A stretch of DNA of 64,000 nt, from the NCBI GenBank assembly GCA_009784235.1, contig WRCC01000002.1:89687-153686 (forward strand), in the 5' to 3' direction. The translations under genes were made by a program, and so were the position numbers. The DNA comes from Alphaproteobacteria bacterium (GTDB lineage: Bacteria > Pseudomonadota > Alphaproteobacteria > Rs-D84). This document shows, in pieces, positions 7,958 through 17,824 of the stretch. Numbering within the stretch: the first letter of the stretch is position 1; the number at the start of each line of letters is the position of its first letter. The notes under the pieces were generated by a model that saw only the letters and a program-made list of their open reading frames with translations, searched no databases and was not told the DNA's origin.

Positions 7958-8492
7958 ATCAGAAATCATAAATCAGAAATTAGTTTTAATGTCATGTTGT
8001 GCGCCATGCAGCGCCGGTGCGATTGAGCAATTAAAAGGGCAGGGTGCAGATTTTTGCATCTTGTTTTACAACCCCAATATTTTCCCCGATACCGAATATC
8101 AAAAACGCCTTGCGGAACAAATAAAATTATGCGAATTGCTGGGCGTAAAATATCATGTCGGGGATTACAATCATGACGAATGGTTAAATTGCGTGCGCAG
8201 CATGGAAAATGAACCAGAACGGGGGTTGCGTTGCAGCGAATGTTTCAAAATGCGAATCAAATGGGGCGCGGATTGGGCACGTGCAAATGGATATGATGCA
8301 ATTGCGACCGTATTCGGCGTGTCGAAACATAAAGACCAAGCGCAAGTTGATGCCGCGGCACTTGCCGCTATTTGCGATTTAGAATATATCCCAATCAATA
8401 ACCAACCACCGCTACCCGCCACCAGTCACCAGAAGTTCTATCGCCAAAATTATTGCGGCTGTGAATACTCGATGAAAAAAAACGTGGGATAA
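7941..8492 (+). CDS. queH: Epoxyqueuosine reductase QueH (DUF208)
   Basis: LVLMSCCAPCSAG N-terminal motif. YRQNYCGCEYS at the C-terminus. Start uncertain: 7941 overlaps metG, or 7989. Confidence 0.65.
   Translation: MLKNHKSEIINQKLVLMSCCAPCSAGAIEQLKGQGADFCILFYNPNIFPDTEYQKRLAEQIKLCELLGVKYHVGDYNHDEWLNCVRSMENEPERGLRCSECFKMRIKWGADWARANGYDAIATVFGVSKHKDQAQVDAAALAAICDLEYIPINNQPPLPATSHQKFYRQNYCGCEYSMKKNVG
7949..7983. repeat. Heptamer tandem array H1 (AAATCAK x5) at the metG-queH junction
   Basis: aaatcat aaatcag aaatcat aaatcag aaattag. Contains the metG TAA stop at 7955-7957. Lies within the putative 5' end of the next ORF. Confidence 0.85.
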
Positions 8493-8504
8493 TTCCCACC
8501 GTTT

Positions 8505-8789
8505 TTATTTAACCATTCCGAATCTGGCGCCCTTGAAAAATTCGCTGATTACCCCGTTTGTCATGTATCTGCTCATGCTGGATACTTTGCCAGCGTCTCT
8601 CTTTTGAATTTCTGTTATCTTGCGATAGAATTTGGCGTCGTTGCCGGTTGCTATCCATAAATTCAGGCAACTTCCAATATTATTGCCTTCGTTGCATTTG
8701 GGACCCTGGCATATGGATTCTTGGCGCAGGCACAGGCTGATGGGCGCGCGCAGATTTTGATTCGCTTCTTTTTTCATGTTTTGCATCCT
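8505..8789 (-). CDS. Hypothetical small Cys-containing protein
   Basis: ORF containing MQNMKK...CLRQESICQGPKCNEGNNIGSC. No recognisable family. Start chosen at an internal Met. Confidence 0.25.
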   Translation of the reverse strand, partial: RMQNMKKEANQNLRAPISLCLRQESICQGPKCNEGNNIGSCLNLWIATGNDAKFYRKITEIQKRDAGKVSSMSRYMTNGVISEFFKGARFGMVK

Positions 8790-8909
8790 TTGTTTTAATT
8801 GCGGGAACGCATCATAATACAATATTATTCGTTTTGTCAATCGGCCGATTAATGATTGATAATCGTATCGCGTTGGGCTATAATCGGGACACAAAAAAAG
8901 GAGTCTGCT

Positions 8910-9824
8910 ATGTCATCCATTTTTATATTCCCCGGCCAAGGGTCGCAAACCGTCGGCATGGGCAAAGAGTTGTTCGATAATCATACTGCCGCGCGCGCGG
9001 TATTTGATGAAGTCGATGATGCGTTAAACCAAAAATTATCCAAAATCATTTTCGAAGGTCCGATGGAAGAATTAACCATGACGGCCAATGTCCAGCCGGC
9101 GATTTTCACGGTATCTGCCGCAATGCTAGCCGTATACGCCCATGAAAACATGGACAAAGGCATCATCGAACCAAAATACGTCGCGGGACATTCTTTGGGC
9201 GAATATTCCGCACTTTATTATGCAGGCGCAATGACACTTGCCGACACGGCAAAACTTTTACGTCTGCGTGGCGATTCTATGCAGCGGGCGGTGCCGGTTG
9301 GAACCGGCGCAATGGCCGTTGTAATGGGGCTGTCTATCGATGTGTTGGCCGCAGTATGCAAAGACGCTGAATCACAAATTCCGGGCGTATGCGATATTGC
9401 AAACGACAACGCGCCGGGCCAGATTGTTATATCGGGCAGTAATACGACGATACTTCGTGCAATGGAATTGGCCAAGGACGCGGGTGCCAAGCGTGCGATG
9501 TTATTACCATTGTCTGTGCCGCCGCATTCGCGCCTGATGGCGCCGGTGGCGGATGATATGCGCGAAGCATTATCAAAGATTGATATGAAATCGCCGTCAG
9601 TTCCGTTGATTTCAAATAAAACGTGCGCGCCGATGACAGATGTTAATGAAATCAAAGAAGCATTGGTTTATCAGATTACACATGGTGTGCGCTGGCGCGA
9701 AACTGTATTGGCGTTGCCGGCATTGGGCATCACAGAAACCGTTGAAATCGGCCCGGGCAGTATTTTGACTGGCCTGACCGACCGTATAGTGCCGGAAATG
9801 ACAGCAAGGAAATTGGAGATATAA
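8910..9824 (+). CDS. fabD: Malonyl-CoA:ACP transacylase
   Basis: FIFPGQGSQTVGMGKELFD and GHSLGEYSALY active-site Ser motif. AGGAG ribosome-binding site before the ATG at 8910. Confidence 0.9.
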   Translation: MSSIFIFPGQGSQTVGMGKELFDNHTAARAVFDEVDDALNQKLSKIIFEGPMEELTMTANVQPAIFTVSAAMLAVYAHENMDKGIIEPKYVAGHSLGEYSALYYAGAMTLADTAKLLRLRGDSMQRAVPVGTGAMAVVMGLSIDVLAAVCKDAESQIPGVCDIANDNAPGQIVISGSNTTILRAMELAKDAGAKRAMLLPLSVPPHSRLMAPVADDMREALSKIDMKSPSVPLISNKTCAPMTDVNEIKEALVYQITHGVRWRETVLALPALGITETVEIGPGSILTGLTDRIVPEMTARKLEI

Positions 9825-9825
9825 A

Positions 9826-10548
9826 ATGATATTAAAAGACAAAGTTGCATTGGTTACCGGTGCGACCGGCGGAATTGGTGAATCGATTGCAAAATCTTTT
9901 CGTGATATGGGCGCGACGGTTGTTATTACCGGACGCAATGTTGCGAAACTGAACGAGCTTGGGACCGGATTTATTGCAATTCCGGCAGACTTGGGCGTTC
10001 CGGGCGAAGCAGAACGCCTGATAAAGGAAACAGTCGAACGTGCCGGTAAAATCGATATCCTGGTTAACAATGCTGGCCTTACCCGCGATACATTGATGAT
10101 GCGAATGACGGACGAACAATTCGACGAGGTCATGGACGTTAATGTCCGCGCCACATTCCAATTATGCCGCGCAGCGATTACACCGATGATGCGCGCGCGT
10201 ACCGGTCGCATAATAAATATCACATCCATCGTCGGACATATTGGCCAAGCAGGCCAGGTTAATTATGCGGCGTCCAAGGGCGCGATTACCGCGATGACAA
10301 AATCGATTGCGGCCGAAGTCGCATCGCGCGGAATAACCGCGAATTGTATCGCGCCGGGATTTATCAAAACCGCGATGACAGATGTATTGCCGGATGAATT
10401 AAAAGACGCGTATATGAAACAAATTCCAGCGGGTCGTTTTGGTGAACCAGACGATATCGCGAATGCGTGCTTATTCTTGGCATCCGATATGTCGTCTTAT
10501 ATCACTGGTCAGACGCTGCACGTAAATGGCGGATTGGGGCGATTCTAA
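9826..10548 (+). CDS. fabG: 3-oxoacyl-ACP reductase
   Basis: LKDKVALVTGATGGIGESIA Rossmann motif. SDR catalytic YxxxK (NYAASKGAI). Confidence 0.9.
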   Translation: MILKDKVALVTGATGGIGESIAKSFRDMGATVVITGRNVAKLNELGTGFIAIPADLGVPGEAERLIKETVERAGKIDILVNNAGLTRDTLMMRMTDEQFDEVMDVNVRATFQLCRAAITPMMRARTGRIINITSIVGHIGQAGQVNYAASKGAITAMTKSIAAEVASRGITANCIAPGFIKTAMTDVLPDELKDAYMKQIPAGRFGEPDDIANACLFLASDMSSYITGQTLHVNGGLGRF

Positions 10549-10620
10549 GTAGGAAGTTTGAAGGTTGAAGTAGGAAGATTATTAATAATTTCTTCAAGCC
10601 TCAACCTTACTACTTCAAAC
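10547..10620. repeat. Long imperfect inverted repeat with AAGTTTG-like motifs, likely a terminator after fabG
   Basis: GTAGGAAGTTTGAAGGTTGAAGTAGGAAGA...TCTTCAAGCCTCAACCTTACTACTTCAAACTTT. The motif matches heptamer family H4. Confidence 0.5.
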
Positions 10621-10626
10621 TTTATT

Positions 10627-10842
10627 ATGTCAAAAATACTCTTATCTTTAATCGAGTTCTATCAAATTTGTATATCGCCCATATTCGGCGGGCGGATGGC
10701 ATGTCGTTTCACGCCGACTTGCAGCGAATATGCGAAGGCTGCAATTGAAAAACATGGTTCGTTAAAGGGTACAAAAATGGCCGCCAGCCGCATTTGCCGA
10801 TGCCGTCCCGGTGGTGGGTTTGGGTACGACCCAGTTGAATAA
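10627..10842 (+). CDS. yidD: Membrane protein insertion efficiency factor YidD
   Basis: LIEFYQICISPIFGGRMACRFTPTCSEYAKAAIEKHG...RICRCRPGGGFGYDPV (PF01809 pattern). Confidence 0.7.
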   Translation: MSKILLSLIEFYQICISPIFGGRMACRFTPTCSEYAKAAIEKHGSLKGTKMAASRICRCRPGGGFGYDPVE

Positions 10843-10905
10843 TTTTTTGACTTGGATGCAATTTTTGCTACCATAAACGTCAGAGAGAAACTCAAAAGGA
10901 ATTTT

Positions 10906-11361
10906 ATGTCAGCCAAGACAATCGAAAAAATGTCCAAAATGATGGACAAAATGGGATTGACCGAATTAAAAACAGAAAGCAGTTTTTTATTCGGCGTATT
11001 CCGCAAAGAAATCCACCTGTCAAAGCAGCAAAATATAATAGCCGCCGCCGCGCCACAACAATTTACCGCGAATGCCGCATCTGCTGCGCCGCTTGCCGCA
11101 ACGAATGATGCGCCTGTTGCACCTGCTGCAAATGCACTTCGTTCACCAATGGTTGGTGTTGCGTACCTGTCGCCTGAACCCGGTGCATTGCCGTTTATTG
11201 AAATCGGTAAAAAAGTCAAAGCAGGTGATACGCTGGTACTGATTGAAGCCATGAAAACATTTAATCCGGTCAAGGCCGACAAGGATGGCACCATCAAAGA
11301 AATCTTGATTAAAGATGGTCAAGCGGTCGAATTCGATACGCCATTGGTTGTCGTTGGATAA
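10906..11361 (+). CDS. accB: Biotin carboxyl carrier protein of acetyl-CoA carboxylase
   Basis: C-terminal biotinyl domain LIEAMKTFNPVKADKDGTIKEILIKDGQAVEFDTPLVVV. Ala/Pro linker. Confidence 0.85.
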   Translation: MSAKTIEKMSKMMDKMGLTELKTESSFLFGVFRKEIHLSKQQNIIAAAAPQQFTANAASAAPLAATNDAPVAPAANALRSPMVGVAYLSPEPGALPFIEIGKKVKAGDTLVLIEAMKTFNPVKADKDGTIKEILIKDGQAVEFDTPLVVVG

Positions 11362-11364
11362 GCC

Positions 11365-12720
11365 ATGCCACAAATTAGAAAAATCTTGATTGCAAATCGT
11401 GGTGAAATCGCATTGCGTATTATACGCGCGTGTCGTGATATGGGCATACGTTCCGTTGCGGTATATTCCACGATTGATAAAAATTCCGCGCACGTTCATC
11501 TGGCCGATGAATCTGTATGTATTGGGCCTGCGTCGGCCCGTGAATCTTACTTGAATGAATCTGCGATACTGACCGCGGCATTATTGACCAATGCGGACGC
11601 AATTCATCCGGGATATGGATTTTTATCGGAACGCGCCGGGTTTGTCGATAAAGTTGAACAACACGGTATTATCTGGATTGGGCCGACGTCGAAATTAATC
11701 GCCAAAATGGGCGATAAGGTTGAAGCAAAAAAGACCGCAATCAAATGCGGATTGCCTGTGGTTCCGGGGTCGGATGGTTCGGTTGATAATTTGTCGGACG
11801 CATTGGAATGGGCGAATAAAATCGGGTATCCGGTTATGCTGAAAGCGGCGGCCGGTGGCGGCGGCAAAGGCATGCGTCCAGTATTTGCAGAATCGGAAAT
11901 GGCCGAAGCATTCCAGATGACGCGGGCCGAAGCAAAAAACGGATTCGGCGATGATACCTTGTACATGGAAAAATTGCTGACGCATCCGCGGCATATTGAA
12001 TTCCAAGTCTTGGCCGACCAACATGGCAATGTCGTGATATTCGGCGAACGCGATTGTTCTTTGCAGCGTAAAAATCAAAAAGTTATGGAAGAATGCCCGG
12101 CCGCTGCACTGACCCAAAAACAGCGCGACGATATGATTGAAACGTGCAAGAAAGCCGTCAAGAAAATGAAATATACAAATGCTGGCACGTTGGAATTCAT
12201 GTTTGAAGACGGGAAATTTTATTTCTTGGAAATGAATACGCGTCTGCAAGTGGAACATCCAGCGACTGAAATGGTATACGGTGTCGATTTAGTGCGCGAA
12301 CAGATTCGCGTCGCATCCGGTGAAGAATTGGGATACACCCAATCAAATGTTATTCCAAACGGTCATGCGATTGAATTTCGTATTAATGCCGAAGACCCGG
12401 AAACTTTCGTTCCAAATCCCGGCACGATTACACAATACTCTGTTCCCGGCGGCCTGGGCATACGCGTTGATTCGGCGTGTTACCCCGGATATAAAATTCC
12501 ACCGACATACGATTCTTTGATTGCGAAACTGATTGTCTGGGCGCCAAATCGTCCGGCATGCATCATGCGTGCCCAACGTGCATTGGACGAATTTGTAATT
12601 GACGGTGTGAAAACCACGATTCCATTGCAACAAAGATTGTTGGGCAACAAAGACGTCCGGAATTTAAATATCGATAATACTTGGTTGGAAAAGTTTTTGG
12701 CTGCCAGTAAAAATGATTAA
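11365..12720 (+). CDS. accC: Biotin carboxylase
   Basis: MPQIRKILIANRGEIALRIIRAC...GYPVMLKAAAGGGGKGMR ATP-grasp. Confidence 0.9.
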   Translation: MPQIRKILIANRGEIALRIIRACRDMGIRSVAVYSTIDKNSAHVHLADESVCIGPASARESYLNESAILTAALLTNADAIHPGYGFLSERAGFVDKVEQHGIIWIGPTSKLIAKMGDKVEAKKTAIKCGLPVVPGSDGSVDNLSDALEWANKIGYPVMLKAAAGGGGKGMRPVFAESEMAEAFQMTRAEAKNGFGDDTLYMEKLLTHPRHIEFQVLADQHGNVVIFGERDCSLQRKNQKVMEECPAAALTQKQRDDMIETCKKAVKKMKYTNAGTLEFMFEDGKFYFLEMNTRLQVEHPATEMVYGVDLVREQIRVASGEELGYTQSNVIPNGHAIEFRINAEDPETFVPNPGTITQYSVPGGLGIRVDSACYPGYKIPPTYDSLIAKLIVWAPNRPACIMRAQRALDEFVIDGVKTTIPLQQRLLGNKDVRNLNIDNTWLEKFLAASKND

Positions 12721-12750
12721 AAATGCCGCAAATGCGGCGTTTTTATTTTT
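12721..12750. terminator. Bidirectional terminator between accC and sspB
   Basis: GCCGCAAATGCGGC hairpin followed by a T run. Confidence 0.6.
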
Positions 12751-13204
12751 TATTCTTCTTGAAATCTTCCAGGCTGACAATTCTTTTTTCATCCGCTGTG
12801 GGTGATTTATCGCCGACCAGGGGTAATTCCAAATCATTTCCTGCACGTTGAGTCTTGGGATGAAATTGCATCATAAAATCGGTCGATGGGTCCTTGAACT
12901 CCATCAGTGAATCGTATGGAATTCGGATATAAAACGGCCGACCATCGAATGTCAGTGTTACGCCGAATTCATTTTCCGCAACGTTCAGGTTCGAAAAAGA
13001 ATGCTGCAAAACAATCGTCATCATTTCTGGATATCGCATCCGCAAAAAATCAGGAATAACAACGCCTGCGTCGCGCGTGCGGAACGTGATATAAAAATGC
13101 GTCCCATCGCCCAGGCCGTTGATTTGCGCATATCGCAGCGCATCGCGCACTACATTCATCAATGCGCCGTCCAGTAATTGTTTGTAATCAAGCTTTGGTG
13201 CCAT
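12743..13204 (-). CDS. sspB: ClpXP adaptor SspB (alphaproteobacterial type)
   Basis: LDGALMNVVRDAL...HFYITFRT...YPEMMTIVLQHSF...FGVTLTFDGRP...FKDPSTDF matches the SspB family pattern. Confidence 0.65.
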   Translation of the reverse strand: MAPKLDYKQLLDGALMNVVRDALRYAQINGLGDGTHFYITFRTRDAGVVIPDFLRMRYPEMMTIVLQHSFSNLNVAENEFGVTLTFDGRPFYIRIPYDSLMEFKDPSTDFMMQFHPKTQRAGNDLELPLVGDKSPTADEKRIVSLEDFKKNKK

Positions 13205-13210
13205 AATTCA

Positions 13211-14257
13211 TTATTGCTGAATCGTACCGGCGGTGCAACCAATAAATATAGCATTCGGTACACCGATAAAAGATTCTGGTTCAATGCCAGTCATCCACAC
13301 TTGGGCATCTGCTTTGCCCAGTTCCATAAACAAGTGCGTGCGCGCATTTTTATCCAGATGCGCGGCAACTTCGTCCAGTAATATTATGGGTGATTTGCCG
13401 GTTTTGGCACGAATTAACTTCGCATGTGCGATTGATAGTGCCAGCAAGGCGGATTTCTGCTGGCCTGTTGATGTCATTGCCACAGGCATATCCAGCGCAG
13501 CATTAAACATACCGAAATCAGTTCGATGTGCACCATCGATATTCATTTTATCCGCGACCAGAAACCGATTCGCCGCCAAATATTCCGCGTATTCGCGTTC
13601 TGTGTTCGCAGACATATTTTGTTCCAGCCAACCAGAAATCGATATCGCGTAATTTTCCAAGAAATAATTAATTTCGCCCGCGTATGTCACGCGCGCGGCG
13701 GCGATGGCGGTTGCTGCACTTGCAATTTGTGCATCCAGTCCGGCAATCCAATTATTATCTGCGCGGCTTTTCAGCGCAAATGTTCGTTCGGATAATAATT
13801 TGGAAAGTCGTGCAGTGCGCCCAGAATGCGCCGGGTCAAACCCGGCCACCAATCGGTCAAAGAAAGCCCGCCGGTCGGACGCAGTTTCAACAAACAGTCG
13901 GTCTTCGCGCGGTGTAATCCAGATTATACGCAAATGCCGCGCCAAATCTGATAATGGCACTGCATCGCCGTCAATCATTACACGCCGCCGCGCATCGCCA
14001 TTTGTCCACGACACGGATATATTTGTTTCATTATCCAATTCCGCAACAACACCAAAATCATTTGCACCGATTTGAACCAGTTCCGCTGGGGCGCCACCAC
14101 GCAGTGTTCCGGATGCGGACATAATGCTGACTGCTTCCAGAATACTGGTCTTGCCGCTGCCGTTCGGGCCAGTGACAACAATATTCTTTGCGTCCGATGT
14201 TTTTATCCGGCTGGCCGAATGATTACGAAAATTGGAAAATGTCAGGACAGAAATCAT
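13211..14257 (-). CDS. recF: DNA replication and repair protein RecF
   Basis: MISVLTFSNFRNH start. VVTGPNGSGKTSILEAVS Walker A. ABC/SMC-like C-terminal region. Confidence 0.85.
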   Translation of the reverse strand: MISVLTFSNFRNHSASRIKTSDAKNIVVTGPNGSGKTSILEAVSIMSASGTLRGGAPAELVQIGANDFGVVAELDNETNISVSWTNGDARRRVMIDGDAVPLSDLARHLRIIWITPREDRLFVETASDRRAFFDRLVAGFDPAHSGRTARLSKLLSERTFALKSRADNNWIAGLDAQIASAATAIAAARVTYAGEINYFLENYAISISGWLEQNMSANTEREYAEYLAANRFLVADKMNIDGAHRTDFGMFNAALDMPVAMTSTGQQKSALLALSIAHAKLIRAKTGKSPIILLDEVAAHLDKNARTHLFMELGKADAQVWMTGIEPESFIGVPNAIFIGCTAGTIQQ

Positions 14258-14269
14258 AATAAAAAACAG

Positions 14270-14343
14270 TGGAGGCCTGGGTCGGAATCGAACCGGCATA
14301 GACGGATTTGCAATCCGCTGCATAACCACTCTGCCACCAGGCC
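14270..14343 (-). tRNA. tRNA-Cys (anticodon GCA)
   Basis: GGCCTGG...TTGCAAA anticodon loop. Discriminator U + CCA. Near-identical to E. coli tRNA-Cys through the anticodon and T arms. Confidence 0.85.
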
Positions 14344-14442
14344 ACCGTTGGCATAACATAGGGCATTAAACCCTACTTTTCAACTTAAAAATTTCTGGAA
14401 ATTCGTTTTTTATGATATAATATTCAAGCCGAGAGAATTTTC

Positions 14443-15777
14443 ATGAAAAAGACAATAATATTATCACTTGCCGTTTGTTTGTTGCCGGCTTTTGCGGCGC
14501 ACGCCAAAAAAAATGACTGCAACACGCGTAAAAATCCGCCATCCGGCGAAGTTACGTTGCAGCAAGTCATCGAACTGGGCCTGTGCCGAAATCCGAATAC
14601 TGCGGCGGCTTATCTGTCTGCGGAATCTGCGCGTCTGTCCAAAAACGCCGCCTATGCGCCGTATTTACCATCTGTAAATGCGTCGGTTGATGGAACAAAA
14701 CGATTACGCAACAAAGAGTGGTCCGATTGGCAATCTGGCGCGTCTTTGTCTGCATCATGGTTATTGTTTGATTTTGGAAAACGTCTGGCTGATTTAAACG
14801 CGATGGCGGCCATGTGGCGTGCGACCGGATTTGATTACAGTAATACGGTGCAAAATTTCGTGTATGAAATGGTTGCGGCTTATTATGGAATGCTAGGCGC
14901 AGATGCAGAAGTTCGCGTTGCAGAATATCTGGTCGATGTTGCGCGTGGCGCCAGGGATACAGCATCGAAAAAACACAGTGCCGGTTCGGTCGCGCGGGCG
15001 GACGTGTTGCGGGCGGACACAACGCTGGCATTACGTGAATTGGAATTACAGCGTGCAAATGGAAATCGCGAAATTGCAAAGGGTCGCTTGCTGTATTTAT
15101 TGTCATTTACCCAAGACCAAGAATTAAAAATTGCCGATATGCCGGCGCAATTCGGGTCACAAAATGAATCCAAGGCAATCGAAGATTTAATCGAACGCGC
15201 GCGCCGGCAACGCCCGGATTTATTATCCGCGGGCGAAAGCAAAAATGCTGCGTGGCATCGGCGAAATTCTGCGTTCTTGCGCAATTTGCCGTCTATTTCC
15301 GCATCCGGCACATTATATTACGATTTCAATAATAATTATGACGATTTTGGCGCCGGACCAAATGACCGCATGGGTGCGTCGATTGGTTTGCGTGCATCAA
15401 TGCCGATATTTGCCGGATTCGCGAATGCTTATAATTTACGTGCATCCCAAGCAAATTATGAACGCAGCGATGAACAAATGCGCGCGCGCGATGATAATGT
15501 TCAGATGGACGTCTGGACTGCATTTCAAAATTACCAAACTGCACAGAAAGTATTGGTTCAATCCGAAGCATTGCTGAAATCCGCCACTGAATCAGAACGT
15601 GTTGTTGCTGGGATGTACCGCGTTGGACGTGCGACCATGTTAGATTGGCAAACCCAGCAAGCAGATTTGGCATCTGCCCAGCGTCAAAATATTACGGCAA
15701 AATATGATTTGTTTGTACGGCGTGCGGCATTGGCATTGGCCGCCGGCGAATTGACCGAAGCATTAGAGAGTGAATAA
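14443..15777 (+). CDS. TolC-family outer membrane efflux protein
   Basis: Signal peptide. Two OEP-repeat halves. LQQVIELGLCRNPNTAAAYLSAESAR... pattern. Confidence 0.75.
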   Translation: MKKTIILSLAVCLLPAFAAHAKKNDCNTRKNPPSGEVTLQQVIELGLCRNPNTAAAYLSAESARLSKNAAYAPYLPSVNASVDGTKRLRNKEWSDWQSGASLSASWLLFDFGKRLADLNAMAAMWRATGFDYSNTVQNFVYEMVAAYYGMLGADAEVRVAEYLVDVARGARDTASKKHSAGSVARADVLRADTTLALRELELQRANGNREIAKGRLLYLLSFTQDQELKIADMPAQFGSQNESKAIEDLIERARRQRPDLLSAGESKNAAWHRRNSAFLRNLPSISASGTLYYDFNNNYDDFGAGPNDRMGASIGLRASMPIFAGFANAYNLRASQANYERSDEQMRARDDNVQMDVWTAFQNYQTAQKVLVQSEALLKSATESERVVAGMYRVGRATMLDWQTQQADLASAQRQNITAKYDLFVRRAALALAAGELTEALESE

Positions 15778-15778
15778 A

Positions 15779-17077
15779 ATGAAGAAAGAAAAAAACATAC
15801 CAGAGCCAAAAATATCAAAATTGTCCGTTGTAATGGACAAAGTTCGTCCGGCCATGGCATGGGTTTGGCGAAAAAAATGGTGGGCCGCTGGCGTGATTGT
15901 TATCTTGATTGGTGCGGCTTATATCTTGACGCCCAGCAATCGAGGCGCGCCACAATTTGCAACCACGCCGGTAACACGTGGGACTTTGCGCCAAGTTGTC
16001 ACCGCAACCGGCGAAATCCGCCCAGTGAATACAATTAGAGTGGGCAGCCAGGTGTCCGGAATTATTGAAGATATATTTGTCGATTTTAATGACGTTGTTA
16101 AAAAGGGCGACGTATTGCTCAAAATCGACCCGTCTGTATTACAGGCGCGTGTTGATGAAACCCGCGCGGCACTGGAATCAGCCGAAGCAACAATGCGCAA
16201 AGCGCGCAGCGATTTCAACCGCAGCCGCACCTTGTTCGCCGAAGGATTCATTGCAAAATCCGAATTGGAAAATGACGAAACAAATTTTAAAACATCCGAA
16301 CAACGCGTGAACCAAGCGCGTTCGCAATTCGACCAGGCCAATGTCAACTTGGGATATGCCACGATTATATCGCCTGTTGATGGTACGGTTATTTCACGCA
16401 AGGTTGACCGTGGACAAACAGTTGCGGCCAGTTTCCAAGCACCAGATTTATTCGAAATCGCCGAAGATTTACGATTAATGCAGATTCAGACAGCGGTTTC
16501 TGAAGCAGACATCGGCATGATAAAAGACAAACAGAAAGTAACATTTACGGTTGATGCGTATCCGAATCAGACTTTCGATGGATACGTGCAACAGATTCGA
16601 CTGTCGCCCACAACGACGCAAAATGTGGTTGTTTATACGGTTATTATCGAAGTCGATAACAGCGACCTGCGCCTGATGCCGGGTATGACTGCATTTGTGA
16701 CGATATTAATCGAAGAACGCGATGATGTATGGAAAGCGGCAAATTCCGCGTTCCTGGTGCGTGATTTAAAGGCATTGTCCGATGACCCGCGTGTGCAATC
16801 GGGTGAAATGACCGGCCGTAACACGTTGTTAATCGAACGTGACAAACCACGCGCGCGTCGCGATGGCACTGGCGACAATTTCGACCTGGTCCTGGTGCCG
16901 TTTAGGCGCGGCCTGACGACGGCCACAGAAACAGAAATAGTTCCGTTAGATGGGGCAGAATTGCACAAAGGCGACCGTGTTGTAACCGGCCGCACCGGCG
17001 TTACAGTTCGTCCGAATGTTCAGATGGGTCCGGGTGGTGGCGGTCAGAACAGGCCAGGCGGCGGAATGGGAAGATAA
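15779..17077 (+). CDS. HlyD/MacA-family periplasmic adaptor subunit
   Basis: N-terminal TM. Coiled-coil and lipoyl/beta-barrel domains (VDGTVISRKVDRGQTV...). Gly-rich C-terminal tail. Overlaps the tolC-like stop. Confidence 0.75.
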   Translation: MKKEKNIPEPKISKLSVVMDKVRPAMAWVWRKKWWAAGVIVILIGAAYILTPSNRGAPQFATTPVTRGTLRQVVTATGEIRPVNTIRVGSQVSGIIEDIFVDFNDVVKKGDVLLKIDPSVLQARVDETRAALESAEATMRKARSDFNRSRTLFAEGFIAKSELENDETNFKTSEQRVNQARSQFDQANVNLGYATIISPVDGTVISRKVDRGQTVAASFQAPDLFEIAEDLRLMQIQTAVSEADIGMIKDKQKVTFTVDAYPNQTFDGYVQQIRLSPTTTQNVVVYTVIIEVDNSDLRLMPGMTAFVTILIEERDDVWKAANSAFLVRDLKALSDDPRVQSGEMTGRNTLLIERDKPRARRDGTGDNFDLVLVPFRRGLTTATETEIVPLDGAELHKGDRVVTGRTGVTVRPNVQMGPGGGGQNRPGGGMGR

Positions 17078-17104
17078 AAAATGCGCCACCCGGCGCATTT
17101 TTTA
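17076..17104. terminator. Bidirectional terminator
   Basis: AAAAAATGCGCCACCCGGCGCATTTTTT. Confidence 0.7.
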
Positions 17105-17824
17105 TTAGATTGCCTTTACCACCCGACAAAATACAATTCCATAAACTGCTTTCGCGCCGGATTTTTTCAGCGTGCGACGCAATTCTGAAAAAGTCGCGCC
17201 GGTTGTCATAACATCATCAACCAATAAAATCGTTTTGCCGCGGATGTTGCCCGGTCGCGAAACTGTAAATACACCGCGAATGTTGTCGACGCGCGCACGA
17301 TAATTTTTATGTCCCATATCGGGTCGATGTTTTCGGCGGACAGATGCAGTATCAATCGGCGCATGCAAATGCCGCGCAATTGGTCGGGCCAGCAATGCTG
17401 CTTGGTTATATCCGCGTTTAAATAATCGGCGCCAAGACAATGGCACTGGCATAATTACGTCAATTTCTGTATCCAATTCGCGAAGTGATGCAATCATCGC
17501 ACGCGACATCAAATCACGATATTTAAGTGCAGACGCGTGTTTAAACGGCAGCATAACATTTTTCGATGCATCATCATAAATGCATGCCGCCCGCATCCAA
17601 TCCAATTCATTCTTGTCTGCGGCGCATATCGGGCACATCGGCCGCGACCCCAAATCCAAATTTGCTGGAAACGGATATCCGCAGATACAGCATTTCGGGT
17701 CAGAAATCCAATCAAAATTCGCCCAACACGATGCACACAGCATGCCATTTGTCGATACTGATGCGCTGCACACTGGACATGCGGGCGGAAATATAAAATC
17801 TAAGATTTTGGAAAATACTACCAA
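17105..17824 (-). CDS. comF: ComF-family phosphoribosyltransferase-like protein
   Basis: N-terminal Cys4 zinc ribbon (CPVCSAS...CASCW...CCICGYPF). C-terminal PRTase motif ILLVDDVMTTGATF. Confidence 0.7.
   Translation of the reverse strand: MVVFSKILDFIFPPACPVCSASVSTNGMLCASCWANFDWISDPKCCICGYPFPANLDLGSRPMCPICAADKNELDWMRAACIYDDASKNVMLPFKHASALKYRDLMSRAMIASLRELDTEIDVIMPVPLSWRRLFKRGYNQAALLARPIARHLHAPIDTASVRRKHRPDMGHKNYRARVDNIRGVFTVSRPGNIRGKTILLVDDVMTTGATFSELRRTLKKSGAKAVYGIVFCRVVKAI

Noticed and set aside
7949-7983. Considered whether the heptamer arrays could be CRISPR arrays
   Set aside because: Units are 7 bp with no spacers, far below CRISPR repeat size. No cas genes anywhere in the window.
9612-10229. 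205 aa minus-strand ORF spanning the fabD/fabG junction
   Set aside because: Antisense to two strongly supported genes. Composition typical of shadow frames.
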